Below are positions 63,700 through 64,000 of a stretch of DNA of 64,000 nt, piece by piece. How positions within the stretch are numbered: position 1 is the stretch's first letter; the number at the start of each line of letters is the position of its first letter. Source of the stretch: Candidatus Zambryskibacteria bacterium RIFCSPLOWO2_02_FULL_51_21 (GTDB lineage: Bacteria; Patescibacteriota; Minisyncoccia; Phycocordibacterales; Zambryskibacteraceae); assembly GCA_001824255.1 (NCBI GenBank), contig MHWQ01000002.1:393572-457571 (forward strand). Direction: 5' to 3'. A program made the position numbers and the translations under genes. Below the pieces are notes generated by a model that saw nothing but the letters and a program-made list of their open reading frames with translations, had not been told where the DNA came from and did not search any database.

Positions 63700-64000
63700 A
63701 TGCAAGTTTACGAGCTAGGATACCTAATATTGCCGAGCATCCCGGAAGACGGGCTATCGGGCGTTGTGGAGAAAATTAAGGGCATTATCGGGAAGGGGGG
63801 TGGCCAGGAACTCGACTCCGAGTCGCCGGTGAGACAGGACCTTGCCTATACCATGGGTAAGACCATTGGCGCCAGCCGCTACGTGGTAAATGACGCTTAT
63901 ATCGGCTGGGTGAAGTTTGAAGCAGAACCGGACGCCACTGCGGCTATAAAAGAGGGGGTCGAAAAGGTAGATGAAGTTCTCCGCCTTCTCATAATCAAGG
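63700..64000 (+). CDS. rpsF: 30S ribosomal protein S6 (partial, 3' end beyond the window).
   Basis: MQVYELGYLILPSIPEDG...RQDLAYTMGKTIGASRYVVN matches the S6 pattern (R..LAY.I). Confidence 0.75.
   Translation, partial: MQVYELGYLILPSIPEDGLSGVVEKIKGIIGKGGGQELDSESPVRQDLAYTMGKTIGASRYVVNDAYIGWVKFEAEPDATAAIKEGVEKVDEVLRLLIIK

Overview
The gene content looks like a small, streamlined bacterial genome, probably a Candidate Phyla Radiation (Patescibacteria-like) organism, though the sequence alone does not fix the taxon. The window contains the chromosomal replication-origin region: rpmH-rnpA-yidC on the minus strand diverging from dnaA-dnaN plus a short DUF721/DciA-like ORF. Most of the rest is housekeeping: ruvA/B/C/X, polA, mutM, an Mpg glycosylase, class A PBP, folD, the folA-thyA-glyA-dut thymidylate block, gmk, a secE-nusG-rplK fragment, rpsT, rplS, the start of rpsF, and six aminoacyl-tRNA synthetases (tyrS, argS, ileS, glyQS, metG, plus a tRNA-binding CsaA-like protein). 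Eight tRNAs were found by manual cloverleaf folding. No rRNA and no CRISPR array were seen.

The main accessory content is a 12-kb plus-strand operon at 1-12364, with start/stop overlaps between successive genes through 6750. It encodes signal-peptide proteins, a polytopic VirB6/TrbL-like membrane protein, a PrgI/VirB3-like two-helix protein, a VirB4-family ATPase split over two ORFs, and a pilin-like protein with a C-terminal extension. This looks like a type IV secretion or conjugation-like apparatus sitting beside oriC. A second accessory island (34220-37260) holds a PIN-domain protein, a small overlapping upstream ORF, and a single-chain fused nuclease-methyltransferase-specificity (Type IIG/IIB-like) restriction-modification enzyme next to tRNA-Ser.

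The most unusual observations are these:
1. A histidine-phosphatase (PGAM-like) domain of about 160 aa is embedded in-frame inside ileS.
2. A roughly 30-bp AT-rich palindromic element recurs in-frame inside three DNA repair/replication genes (polA, mpg, fpg).
3. A family of perfect palindromic hairpins shares a TGAT-N3-ATCA core.
4. The ribosomal-protein operon is broken after rplK by an RfaE-domain-II-like nucleotidyltransferase and a dCMP-deaminase fusion gene.

All calls rest on reading the supplied translations and motifs by eye. No database searches were run.
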